Shown piece after piece: positions 39,171 through 51,000 of a stretch of DNA of 64,000 bases. The position numbers were made by a program, and so were the translations under genes. The stretch lies in NCBI GenBank assembly GCA_965649825.1, contig OZ287699.1, positions 62,001-126,000 of the forward strand. Direction: 5' to 3'. The notes below the pieces were generated by a model, which was not told where the DNA came from, did no database searches, and worked only from the letters and a program-made list of their open reading frames with translations. The first letter of the stretch is position 1. The number at the start of each line of letters is the position of its first letter. This DNA is from Penicillus capitatus. Taxonomy: Eukaryota > Plantae > Chlorophyta.

Positions 39171-39396
39171 AAACACGCTTATAACACTGCATGTACTCAA
39201 ATTGTCGGTTATTCATCCTCTCTCCTCAGATCTCGCATGATGGAGACAGGGATGAATGCTCTTTTATTTGCCAAATCGCATGCTAACGTGGATTCCTGTA
39301 GATTTAACACTAGTCGTTGTTCAAAAAAGAACTACCCGCGCCTTTCTACTGGTTTCCTGTCGTAAGCAACAGAAAATAATAAATCATTCAACGACT

Positions 39397-41417
39397 CTAC
39401 GGCGGCGATGTCGAAGAATGATCGCCACCCTCGAGAGTCAATGGCTCGAGAACAAGTTCGAGCTCCGTATCATTTGTGGAAGTTGTCATCACGTTTTTGT
39501 ACTCGTATCGCCTTGCTACATACACAAACCAGAAACACACGACGATCATCATAACTAAGAATGCACACATCACGTGAGAGGAGAGGAAAGTGTGAGTGCA
39601 GAACAAACCGAGAATCAACAGATAGAACATATCCAGGTGCCCTTCGTTGAGGTTGTCTGTGATCCATTGGTGTCCGACCGAATGGGTGATGGAGTCGATG
39701 AGCAGCATGAAGAGACTGCAGAGATAGGCGCCGAGGGCGATGGCTGTAAGATTCAGTGCCGACATGACGCTTCTCATCGAATCCGGTGCCTAAGAACACC
39801 ATTTGCTGACAACATGTTGGTCTCCAGACGAGAGAACCTGACTGTAGAAGAATTCAAGGAGTCCCACTGCGGCCATCACTTCGGCAATGCCAAGAATCGA
39901 CTCGGACAGAGCTAGCCAGAAGATGCTCATCCTCACCACCTCGACATCCTCTCCATCTTGTTCGACAATGTCGAATTCTCCTTCGGCAAAGAGGCGCTTT
40001 CGCATGCGCTCAATCATAAAAGAGACAAAAATTGCCAGAACGGCCAGCAGATATCCGACACCAACGCGCTGCAGTAGCGTCGGTGTGTACTTCAAACGCT
40101 TGTGCATGAAGGGAATAAGCAAACGATCATAGATCGGCCCAAACACGATAATGGAGACGTTATCGAAGAGAAATAGAGAAGCGGCTGGAAACTTGGTATG
40201 ATAGCCAAACACATGCACGTCCCTGTTCATCTGCATCCCTTGAAGAAGGTGGAATGTAGGTAGAAAGCCAACTGACAGGCTGCACCAGCACCGCCATAAA
40301 AACACCGATTCAAGATAAAGAATGTGACTCAATTGTTTGGAGCAGACCAGAGAAATACGGTGGTGGCAAAGATAGGGAGCACTCTGCACACGAGCTTTGC
40401 TTCTTGGACATCTTGGCACGAAGACTTTCCTGCAAGAGAGCACAGCTGTCCTTGCGTCTTAGTGTTCATGATCAGAATACCAGACTCCGTTGCCCAGTCC
40501 AGCCAATGTGTTTGTTGCTGTGGGCGGTGATTCCTGGATCTCCTCTCTTCTCCTACCGATCCGTCCACGGCAGAATACGAGAAGCGCTTCGGCCGATCGC
40601 GCAGTGCTCTGCACACTGTGGCGAAGAATCGCATCACCGGCGATTCCGATGCCGGAATGCAGCGATACAGCGATCTCCCCCAGACGAACGTCAGAGCAGA
40701 GAGCAGCATCACTCCGCCTGTCACATCGGCCTCGCTGTCGTGCAGGCAGGGAGAATCGACTTCTCACTCGCGCCGGCAAAGGAGACTCCCCACAGTCCCT
40801 GATCTTGCGCGTAGACCACCACCGTTGCCGCCAGAAGCCCACCGATGTTGATGAAGACGTAGAACCAGTTGAAGAAAGACTTCTTCTCCTCTCGGTCGCG
40901 CTCTCTGCTGTCGTCGAACTGATCGGCGCCGAAGGCTGAGACGTTGGGTTTGATGCCTCCTGTCCCAGCGGCCACCAGGAAGAGGCAGATGATCAGCAGC
41001 ATCCACTGCCAGGCATTGGCATGGGTTCCGTCGTCCACACGGATCCCGGGGATCACAGCACTCATCGTCAGAAGCACGAGACCGCAGAGATAGACGATAA
41101 CTGAGGCGCATATCGTTCGATAACGGCCAAGATAGGCGTCAGCTATCCATCCACCTACCAAAGGAGAGAGATAAGAGAACCCGGTCGTAATGCTGCCGCC
41201 AATTGCCGACGTCGACGCCGCAGCACCCAATCTCCTTAAGTAATTAACCAGGTTCATTCGAATGCAATAGTAAGACACACGCTCGCCCAGTTCCGTTCCT
41301 GAACATCTTTTTTGCCAAAGGCTTTTGCTAAACGACAGTACCTAGGATGAACGGACACACGGTTAGGAGGACGGATTTTTTCGCTTCTGCATCAGGTTTT
41401 CGTTCTGCGGACGACAT
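39397..41417 (-). CDS. NPF/PTR (POT) peptide/nitrate transporter, copy 1
   Basis: ELGERLSYY (ExxER), GGWIADAYLGRYRTI, GTGGIKPNVSAFGADQFDD, SFFNWFYVFINIG, GLLEFFYSQ, HLDMFY. Confidence 0.95.
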
Positions 41418-41899
41418 TTTAAGCGAACGACAAAAAAGACGAAGAAATGATACGTTATACGGATGACGATCTCGCATATGAAAGTGATGCTGTGAAGAGA
41501 CACTCTGTCTTGAGTTGACGAAGCAGCGAGACACTCTTCCTTAAAGGATGCGTGCCATGCACCAACCGTTGGCGCCTGGCGCAACGCCAGCAGGAGGATG
41601 ACCGGAAAAGGCTAGAGTTCGAACATAACCGTTGACAAGACACATGGTTTTTCAAGTCAAGTACAAATGGACAGAACCGTTTGTTGTTTTCTCACGGTAG
41701 CTACTGAATTATCTATTGCGCAAAGTTTCTCCGCGAAGCTCGCCATACGAATACCCGAAGTCGACTCTAGAGTCGACGATGGTAGACTCCGAAGTTGATC
41801 TTCACAGACCGCGTGTCGCTATCAGCTTGATTCTTCCCAGGAGAGGGATAATGTGCCTTGGGAAAGCATGCCGAGGACTTTAGAAACGTCACCAGGTGC

Positions 41900-42480
41900 C
41901 AAAGTTATGTCCCAGGAGAACAGATCACATGGAAGAGCTCACAGAAGCAACTGCTCGCTCCAAGAATGGGGCCCGGTCCAGAGACGACTCAAGCCCCTGT
42001 GCCTGCGCAACAATCTAGGCGTAATAAGAGAAGTCCTGCCTCACTTCTAACGCTGTTCTCGCTATAGCATCCTTTCTAAATGCCTGGAAAAAAGCTTACG
42101 TCATCCCACTGCTGAAAGCCAAAAAAGATGTCACTCTAGTGTCAAGCTGGAGACTAATTTGCTTATTGAATACGCTAGGGGAAGTCTTTGAGAGAATCCT
42201 CCACCTCTAATGTTCCGTTGGAGATCACGGCTACCTGGACGAAAGACAGTTTGGATTTAGAAGGCCGCGAGGCACTCTACCAGCATTAACCTTGTTCGCA
42301 GAGGATATCATCCGGGGGTTCAATTCCCGCAGTCAGATTGGTGGTGTGGGCTTTAGATCTGTCGGGCCGCCTTCGACATATTCTCCCATCCGATTCTGAT
42401 GTAGGCGATGGCAACTTCAGGTTCCGCCTTATCTATGGCAAATGGTGGATAGTTTCTTGTAGGGTAAGCAGGCTACGATT
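41900..42480 (+). mobile_element. Degenerate non-LTR (LINE) reverse transcriptase fragment
   Basis: AWKKAYVIPLLKAKKD..SSWRLICLLNTLGEVFERIL*, YLDERQFGFRRPRGT, ALDLS; contains stops and frameshifts. Confidence 0.85.
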
Positions 42481-42644
42481 CCTCTCCCATCCTCCTCGTT
42501 CTCTTGTCGACCATCAGCCGGCTTGACACAAGGATCATGTTTGTTACCTTCACTCTTTCTGTGCTTCGTCAACAGCCTCGCCGCCTCAATCCCTCCCGAC
42601 ACGGATGTATCTCCGCCGCCATTGTCTGAGTCGCACACATGTTC

Positions 42645-43496
42645 ACAGGAAGGCGTAAAAGCAAAGCCTGGAAGATTTCCATAGATGTGCAGCTTGATGT
42701 GGCAGTCATTCGCATGCCTGCGGGACGACGCTCTCCCAGCCGCGATGGATTACGGGCGGCTCACTGCGTCGACCCCAGCAAACGCGAAACCGTTGGTCTG
42801 TTTCCCATCGTCTACTGCGGTATCTGCGACCTGGAGAACAAAGTGGATACGAATAAGGTGAGCGATTCGACACTTCTCTCTAGAAAGGTCAGTCATACGA
42901 AAGCCATCTGCCATGTAGGTGGTGTTTGATGTCGTTGAAGGCCACCTGCATAAAGATTGGAAAGGCGATATTAACAATAGATCTGACATTGCCGCTTTGT
43001 AGCTCGACAGAGAGGCCAATCTTACACTGCCGCGTTTGGCTTCCAGTGAGGTTCTATTGAGTCGCGGAGATCTGCGAGCTGCAACGGGACGGAGACAAAC
43101 AGAATTTGCCTTTTATTCGCACGTTCTGCGCTTGGCCGACAGATCGCCCTTGTTGACCATCAATTCTACAAAGAGCAACAACCTTAGGGGTCGACGGGGA
43201 GAGCTGGATCTGCGCGGGAGCTCTGGGACAGGATACGTGACCTCGACATGTGTCCTGACATTGGACTTTATCGATCTGAAGATAAATCTGTGCGCTTGTC
43301 TAATAGGCGACTCTGGCGGTCCTCTGATGTTGGCAGACGCTCCGCACGGTCGTATCTTCAAGAGGAAAGCACAAAGAGACATGGTCGTAGGCGCGTCACG
43401 TCTGGCGGCTACGCAGTGGATGAGTCCAAACAGGGCTCCGGCATCGAACCTGCCGTTTACACACGTGTCGACCATTTTCTGGATTGGATAGTGTGA
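42645..43496 (+). pseudogene. Trypsin-family (S1A) serine protease pseudogene
   Basis: PGRFP*MCSL (TAG 42682), frameshift before AAHC, DIAAL*L (TAG 43000), GDSGGPLM, AVYTRVDHFLDWI. Confidence 0.85.
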
Positions 43497-43660
43497 AAGT
43501 AGCATCGCCGAATCAAGTAGACAAGGAGAGAGAAACGCAGAGACGAGTATTACATTTTGACTGTTTGACTTCCTGTTTAATACAGCACGAGAATTCCATT
43601 CATTTAATCGATCTCATCTTAGATCCCTTCACAATAGAAAACATCACCGACAGCGATCGC

Positions 43661-45435
43661 ATGACGGAGGTGAGCTTTTGCGCAAACAATTCCAACGAGT
43701 GCTGGCTACGGAGTGCGCGCAGCGTCGAAGGCGCCAAGAAAGTGGGTTAGAGGAGTCTTCAGTAAAAACGCGCGTGCAGTACGCGAAGCTGAATCACACG
43801 CAGATGCTCTCCGTGAGCTCGTTAGCTTGCAAGAGTTGAGTATATTCTGGCTTTGCAGAAGATGGCTGTCGCTATTCAAAGGGACAGTGCTCTCGATGCA
43901 GAAGCGCTTCTTTTAGCTGGTCTGCATGCTGACACCGTCTACGCTAGATACGAAATTCGCTTCTGGGGAGGATATACACTAGCAGAGGGATCGACGCTGC
44001 TGCACTTGGCGGCTGCATTTGACGCTTCCAAATGCGCAAAGGTGCGACAACGAATCTGCACATGAGAAGCCGATACCAGAACGCCATGCTTGCGTGGAGT
44101 GCATCCAGCTGTCTGTCTGTGTTTTCAGGTGTTGCTAAAGTATAAACCGGACATCGACATCAAGAATGATAAAGGAGAGACGCCGCTGTATGTGGCATCC
44201 TACCACGGACACACTGACATCGTAATGGTGCGCCGCCAAAGTGCAATGTGTGTTAGGAAACAAAGGCGGCGAAGGTTCTTATCTCAGCTGGAGCTGATGT
44301 TAGTGTCGCCGACAAAAACAGCTGGTTTGCTCTCCATATAGCATCGCGCCATGGACATCTCGAAGTTGTCAGAGTGCGTCGGTATAACGGAAAACCTGCT
44401 GTTGACGTGGAGATTGTGAAGGCACTGATTGAAGCAGGCGCCAATGTGGACGCCAGGAACAAGGAGAGATGTACATCCCTTTGTGTCGCATCTCGTTTTG
44501 GCAACATAGAAATAGTCCTGGTACGGTTTTACAGCGAGAGAGCTTCACCTGTCTAAGATACAATCGCAGGCGCTGATTGGATCAGGCACCAACGTGAACG
44601 CTAAAGACGAGGACGACTGGACATCCTTGCATTGGGCGGTATTTAACGGTTACACTGACATCGCAGAAGTCGATCCCTGTTGCGAATGCTTCGCTTCTCT
44701 GACGAATAATTGCAGATATTGATTGGAGCCCGCGCCAACGTGAACGCCAAGGACTACGAATGTTGGATAGCTTTGCATTGGGCGGTATTTAACGGTTACA
44801 CTGACATCGCAGAAGTCGATCCCTGTAGCGAATGCTTCGCTTCTCTGACGAATAATTGCAGATATTGATTGGAGCCCGCTCCGACGTGGATGACAAGGAC
44901 GAGGAGAAATGTACGCCTCTTCATGTAGCATCTGGTTTTGGAAGATCAGAAATAGTCAAAGTAGGGCTTTACAGCAAAAGTGCTTTATCTGCTTAAGATA
45001 CGATCGCAGATGTTGATTGAAGCAGGCGCTAATGTGGACGCCGCATCGGTTAAAGGTTGGACTCCTTTGCACGAGGCATCAGATAGCAATTTCGTCTGTA
45101 TCGCGAAGGTCGATCTCTGCAACCGTTGTTTCGCTTCTCTGACGAACGATGGCAGATGTTGATTAAAGCCGGCGCCACAGTGGACGCGAAGACGCGATTT
45201 GATTGGACGGCCCTTCATCTGACATCAAAGCGCGGTTATCTAAAAGTTGCCGAAGTAAGCCAGAATGCCTCGCTGTCAAACAGATGGCGCTCTCCAGGTC
45301 CTCGTCAATGCTGGAGCGTCGAAGTCGAGCTTGACCAGCGAAGGAAAAACTCCTCTCGCGTGCGTTTGTGCTGACGCGGGTGCTCATTGTTCCGAAAAGA
45401 CTCGGACGGATCTCATCAAACTGCTGACGCCATGA
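43661..45435 (+). CDS. Multi-ankyrin-repeat protein, one repeat per exon
   Basis: About 9 ANK repeats (GETPLYVASYHGH, WTSLHWAVFNGY, GWTPLHEAS, WTALHLTSKRGY) on 99 bp exons with ~50 bp phase-0 introns. Start uncertain. Confidence 0.85.
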
Positions 45436-45973
45436 AGCAGATGCTTATCAGAAGCATTCAGTTTTCTCCTGTCCGCCGTCGACCACAACAGTCCAGCTTG
45501 ATGTGACGTTGACAGCAACGTAAAGTTCCCGTTATAAACATCTCTGGACAAGGCGTTGGTGGAAGGAAGTACGCCTGGACGTGTTCCTAGAACGCTTTGT
45601 TGGCAGTCTACTTCAATCGATTGCATTGTAACGGACGCTTTTCATTGACAGCGTGAAGATAAGATAACCGTTACAAAAGCATAAAAGGCATCTTGACAAT
45701 TTGACTTCGACGTACGAGAATTGTAGACAGAAATTCCCACATCAGCATTGACACCAACAAGAAATCACTATGCAGGCATGCAGATGCCTATTCTCAACCT
45801 TGTCCGGTTCCAATCTCCCTTACAGTGTCCTGAAATATTTTGAGATGGTGTCATAGCATGCTTAACGCAGATTCTTTTAAATCTCATTGCAGTCATCGCC
45901 AGAAATGAAGAACCATCCGAGTCTTACTGTCGGTTTGAGGTCATATGCGACAAATAAGAACAATATCGCTACT

Positions 45974-47991
45974 CTATAGCCGCGACGGCAAAGCATCATC
46001 GTCATCCAAAGACAGAGACTCTCCACAGAGTTCGAGCTCCGCATCATTTACGAAGGTTGTCGCCACCTTTTTGTACTCGTATCGCCTCGCCTCGTAGACA
46101 AACCAGAAACACACGAGGATCATCATGACTAAGAGTGCACACATCACGTGAGAGGAAAGTATGAGTGCAGAACAAACTGAGAATCAACAGATAGAACATA
46201 TCCAGGTGTCCTTCATTTAGGTTGTCTGTAATCCATTGGTGTCCGACCGAACGGGTGATGACATCGATAAGGAGTAGGAATACACTGCAGAGATAGGCAG
46301 AGAGAGCAAAGGCAGTAAGATTCAATGCCGACATGACGCTTCTCATCGAATCCGGTGCCTAAGAACACCATTTGCTGACAACATGTTGGTCTCCAGACGA
46401 GAGAACCTGACTGTAGAAGAATTCAAGGAGTCCCACTGCGGCCATCACTTCGGCAATGCCGTTGAACACTTGAGGAAGAGCTAGCCAGAAGATGCTTATC
46501 CTCACTACCTCGACATCCTCTCCATCTTGTTCGACAATATCGAATTCTCCTTCGGCAAAAAGATACTTTCGCATTCTCTCGACCACGAAGGTGGTTAAAA
46601 CAGACAAAACGACGCACAGGTATCCGACACCAACGCGCTGCAGAAGCGTCGGTGTGTATTTCAAACGCTTGCGCATGAAGGGAATGAGCAAGCGATCATA
46701 GATCGGTCCAAAAATGATAATAGAGGCGGTGTCGAAGAGATACAGAGAAGCGGCTGGAAACTTGGTATGATAGCCAAACACATGCACGTCCCTGTTCATC
46801 TGCATCCCTTGAAGAATGCGCAGTGCATCCATCTGACCAAGTGACATCCTACAGAAGCATCAGCACAATAAAGGGCTACGACAAAGAATATCACTAATTG
46901 TTTGAAGCAGACCAGAAAAAGATGACAGTGGCAAAGATAGGGAGCACTCTGCACACGAGCTTTGCTTCTTGCACATCTTGGCGCGAAGACTTTCCTGCAA
47001 GAGAGCACAGCTGTCCTTGCGTCTTAGTGTTCATGATCAGAATACCAGACTCTGTAGCCCAGTCCAGCCAGTGTGTTCGTTGCTGTAGGCGGTGATTCCT
47101 GGATCTCCTCTCTTCTCCTACCGATCCGTCCACAGCAGAATACGAGAAGCGCTTCGGCCGATCGCGCAGTGCTCTGCACACTGTGGCGAAGAATCTCATC
47201 ACCGGCGATTCCGATGCCGGAATGCAGCGATACAGCGATCTCCCCCAGACGAACGTCAGAGCAGAGAGCAGCATCACTCCACCTGTCACATCGGCCTCGC
47301 TGTCGTGCAGGCGCGTCCGAAGAAGATGTCTCACTCGCGCCGGCAAAGGAGACTCCCCACAGTCCCTGATCTTGCACGTAGACCACCACCGTCGCCGCCA
47401 GAAGTCCACCGATGTTGATGAAGACGTAGAACCAGTTGAAGAAAGACTTCTTCTCCTCTCGATCGCGCTCTCTGCTGTCGTCGAACTGATCGGCGCCGAA
47501 GGCCGAGACGTTGGGTTTGATGCCTCCTGTCCCAGCGGCCACCAGGAAGAGGCAGATGATCAGCAGCATCCACTGCCAGGCATTGGCCTGCGTTCCGTCG
47601 TCCACACGGATCCCGGGGATCACGGCACTCATCGTCAGAAGCACGAGACCGCAGAGATAGACGATAACTGAGGCGCATATCGTTCGATAACGGCCAAGAT
47701 GCGCGTCAGCTATCCATCCACCCACTAGAGTGGCAAGATAGGAACAACCTCCGCTGACACTGACGCCTATTGCCGACGTCGATGCCGAAGCACCCAGTCT
47801 CTTGAAGTAATTGACTAAGTTCATCACAATGCCATAGTAAGCCAAACGCTCTCCCAGTTCCGTTCCTAAACATCTTCCTTCAACGCGATAGCCTTTATTT
47901 ACTTAATGAGGTCACCCAAAATGAACGGACACACGGTTAGGAGGATGGATCTCTCCTCTCCTGCGTCGTTCTTTCCTCCAGCGGAAGCCAT
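45974..47991 (-). CDS. NPF/PTR transporter, copy 2
   Basis: Same motifs and intron positions as copy 1; long stretches near-identical at nucleotide level. Confidence 0.95.
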
Positions 47992-48069
47992 TCGACTCGA
48001 GCGACGGACAGGCGATCAGACGTCACATCATTGGAAGGGATGGGATCAGGATATGGAAGTGACGTTTTT

Positions 48070-51000
48070 ATGTGTGCGGTGCGTGTCCATGCTGCAATAC
48101 CGTCATGTTCCACAGGCCATATCATCTCGCCCCTTCTCTGCTCCCGTCGCGATTTCGCGTTCCTATGGACCGAACAAACGCACAACGCAGAGTGCGACGT
48201 GGACACATCGGTTGACTGCAAGGCACACGGGTTTTCCCCTCCTCCACGGTACAATACTCCCCCCTTCTCTCACCGACTCTCTCCTGCTCGCCACAGATAC
48301 TGCATTCTATGGACTGCCTTTTCGTTGCTGCTCCGTTATTCGATCACGGCGTCCGTGGACGATTCGCACTATCTGTCGAGGTGGGTGAGGGATGCAAAAA
48401 GAGAGACGGCTGTCATCGGCCATGATATGATGATCTGTGTGTTTGTGCAGCGCGTGGGGCATCATCGGGTCCATTGGACGATTTTCGAAGCTTGGCACGA
48501 CAGCTGGGTAGTTCCATCCAGAATGTTCTGAAAACGACATATCTGATCCTCTGGATGAATGGATGGGCACGTGTGATGGCATTCTTGTTCTTCTTTGTGG
48601 GATGTGGCGTCATATTGCTGAATATCTGGCTGGCCAAATACATTAACTCTAGTGTGTTGCCAAACGTCACACAAAATCTCACACAAATCACAGAACGCGA
48701 TGTCTCAGTTCATTGCACGAGTGTTCAAGCAGGGAGCTGTGTGATGTGACAGGTGTCGCTCGGAAAGGCAAAGTGGATCTGGCCGACATCCATGACCCTC
48801 GGACCGGTGAAGGTCGGACCAGGATCTATTGAAAAGAGTGAGCTAAGTGTGACCGAGATGAAAGTGGGACTGTCCTGTCTCCGGTCAATCTGGAGAAAAG
48901 AGCTCGTCATGCAAATCCACTGCCAAAATGCCGAGGCGAAGCTCGTCCAGGCAGACAACTATTCCTGGTTCGGCCGACCGGTTGACACATCCCCACCTTC
49001 GTCGGATTTTGTCCCTGGACTCCATAAAGAGGTTCTCACTCTTTTTATAAAGACGATGTGTGAGAAGAGACGTTGATGTGACAGGACACCGCCTTAGACG
49101 ATTCAGAAAGAGAGGCGGTGGCCGAGAACTTCAAGGGGAGCACCATTGAGGAAACACTGGTCCAAAGTATGACCCGATTAATACAACAACTGACAAAAAC
49201 ACGAGTCGAGAGTGAGAGGCGCATGTCCCAGTACACCTGCAGCACATCCGATCCACATTCGCTGAACAAAGGCACACCAGGGCATCACTTGTTTCCAGTC
49301 CCACGTGTGCTTGGACAGAACCGGGGCGACGTGTGGTGGCATCGATGTCGACAGGAGTAACAGGAGATAACAAGAGGAGTGGAGGTGCACCTAGCAGCAA
49401 GGTAGTGAAGTCTTTTCCCATAAGGGAGACGCCGAAGCCGCCAATCAAATTGAGCTCTACAGAATCGGGTGTTCCTCGTCGACTGAAACTCCGCAAGAAA
49501 CCGCGAGAGACATCTCATGGTTTTGCCATGAAGCACTCGGTTCATCCACGTTCCAAGAAAGAGACAGCCCGTATCAAGCACATTTCTGAGGCATACAAGA
49601 AAAAGCGAGAGGACCCAGAGACTCAGCAAACAAAGGTCTTGACTCCCTGACAAACGACAGGTGCTTATGTTTGCGAACGAGACGCAGGTTTCGAAACAGG
49701 AGGCGACGCGACAAGCGGAGTCGCCTTCTGCTGCATCTTCTGAATCGATAGAGACACCAGCTGTCACTGAAGCAACAGAGGAGGAAAGCAAAGAGCCTTA
49801 TCGATCTGCAGATCAGAAGACAGATGAGACAGCAGAGGATGGTCTTCCAGAAGGTGCTGCCGAAAAGAGCGAGCAGAGATCAGAAAAGGAGGTGTCCATG
49901 GAGGAGGTGCGAAGCTGGATGTCTGCCATTTGGAGCCAGTCGACACGAAATCTGAAATGGCCGTCCGTCTCCGTCGGCTTCATACAGTTCGAAAAGAGTA
50001 CGATTCTGGCCTACACAACACAAGAGAACATTCCGCGAGAATTCGTCAACACAAAAGCCGCCGTTCGTTTGGGCAAAGGATATCACACCATCGATGTTGA
50101 TCTCTATGCCGATGCACACAAGCGCCGTGAGGCAGCAATAAAATGGACAAAAATGTCGTCGGCCGCTCCATTGCATCTCAGGCAAGACTTTCGATGTTTA
50201 TGACAACAAGACTTCACTAGGAGACGGTCCCTGGACTAGGTTTGTGACGCCTGGTGCTCAACGGCCGTTTGATCGACTCTTTCCTCAAGACATTACCGAA
50301 GACAGACTGGCATCTGCGTCCAAAGAGACACAGGAGGACACATCTGTCGGTATCCTGCTCTTCTCTGCATCATTAAAGGCGACCATTTGTAGACAGAAGA
50401 AGACAAGATCGGGGCCAGTTCCAGTCCTCCACTCTCATCGATCGCGGCAGGAACGGCACAACAGCTGCCTGCCACGGCGGGTGTTGATGGACTGTACGAT
50501 GTGCGTCACTCCCCTGCCAAACCCACGCCGCCTCCATCCAAGAGCATCCGTCAAGTGGTGCCGCAAGACGGCACGCGGACAGAGGGCCGCCCGATGGGAG
50601 GATCCATTCATGTGACGGTCAAGGGCAAAGATCTGTTCATCGAGGACACGACTCCGAATCTCTTCGTGACCATCGTTGGCAAAAAACTGCATGTTCCGTT
50701 GCTGGAGAGATTGCTCGAGATTCCGATCGATGTTCAAGAAGGCCGAGTGGATGGGGTGGTCACCATCACATCGAATACACCCCGAACGTGGCAGATGCCG
50801 CGTATCGATGGTCAAGTCCAACTGCAAGGTCGGTCGTGTCTCACAAAGACAGAGGAGGAGATGCTTTTCTGACCTCTGCAGATGTGGACATGCATTTCTG
50901 GGATGCCCCGGATCACATTTCCAAAGCCAACTTCAATTTGGTCCTGGAAAACAATCGCATGTATTTCCAGAACGCTGCTGGTTACTTCGGTGCCCTGCCA

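Noticed and set aside
41760-41777. Vector polylinker contamination (SalI-XbaI)
   Set aside because: It continues as a palindrome rather than BamHI, with no flanking vector sequence.
42300-42335. tRNA T-loop-like GGTTCAATTCC
   Set aside because: No cloverleaf or A box; it lies within the LINE RT frame.
42682-43002. TAG/TAA=Gln nuclear code (as in some ulvophytes) suggested by in-frame TAGs in the trypsin gene
   Set aside because: Intact genes end naturally at TAA/TAG (kinase, AAE, NUXM, NPF2), long ORFs lack internal TAR codons, and the trypsin gene also has a frameshift.
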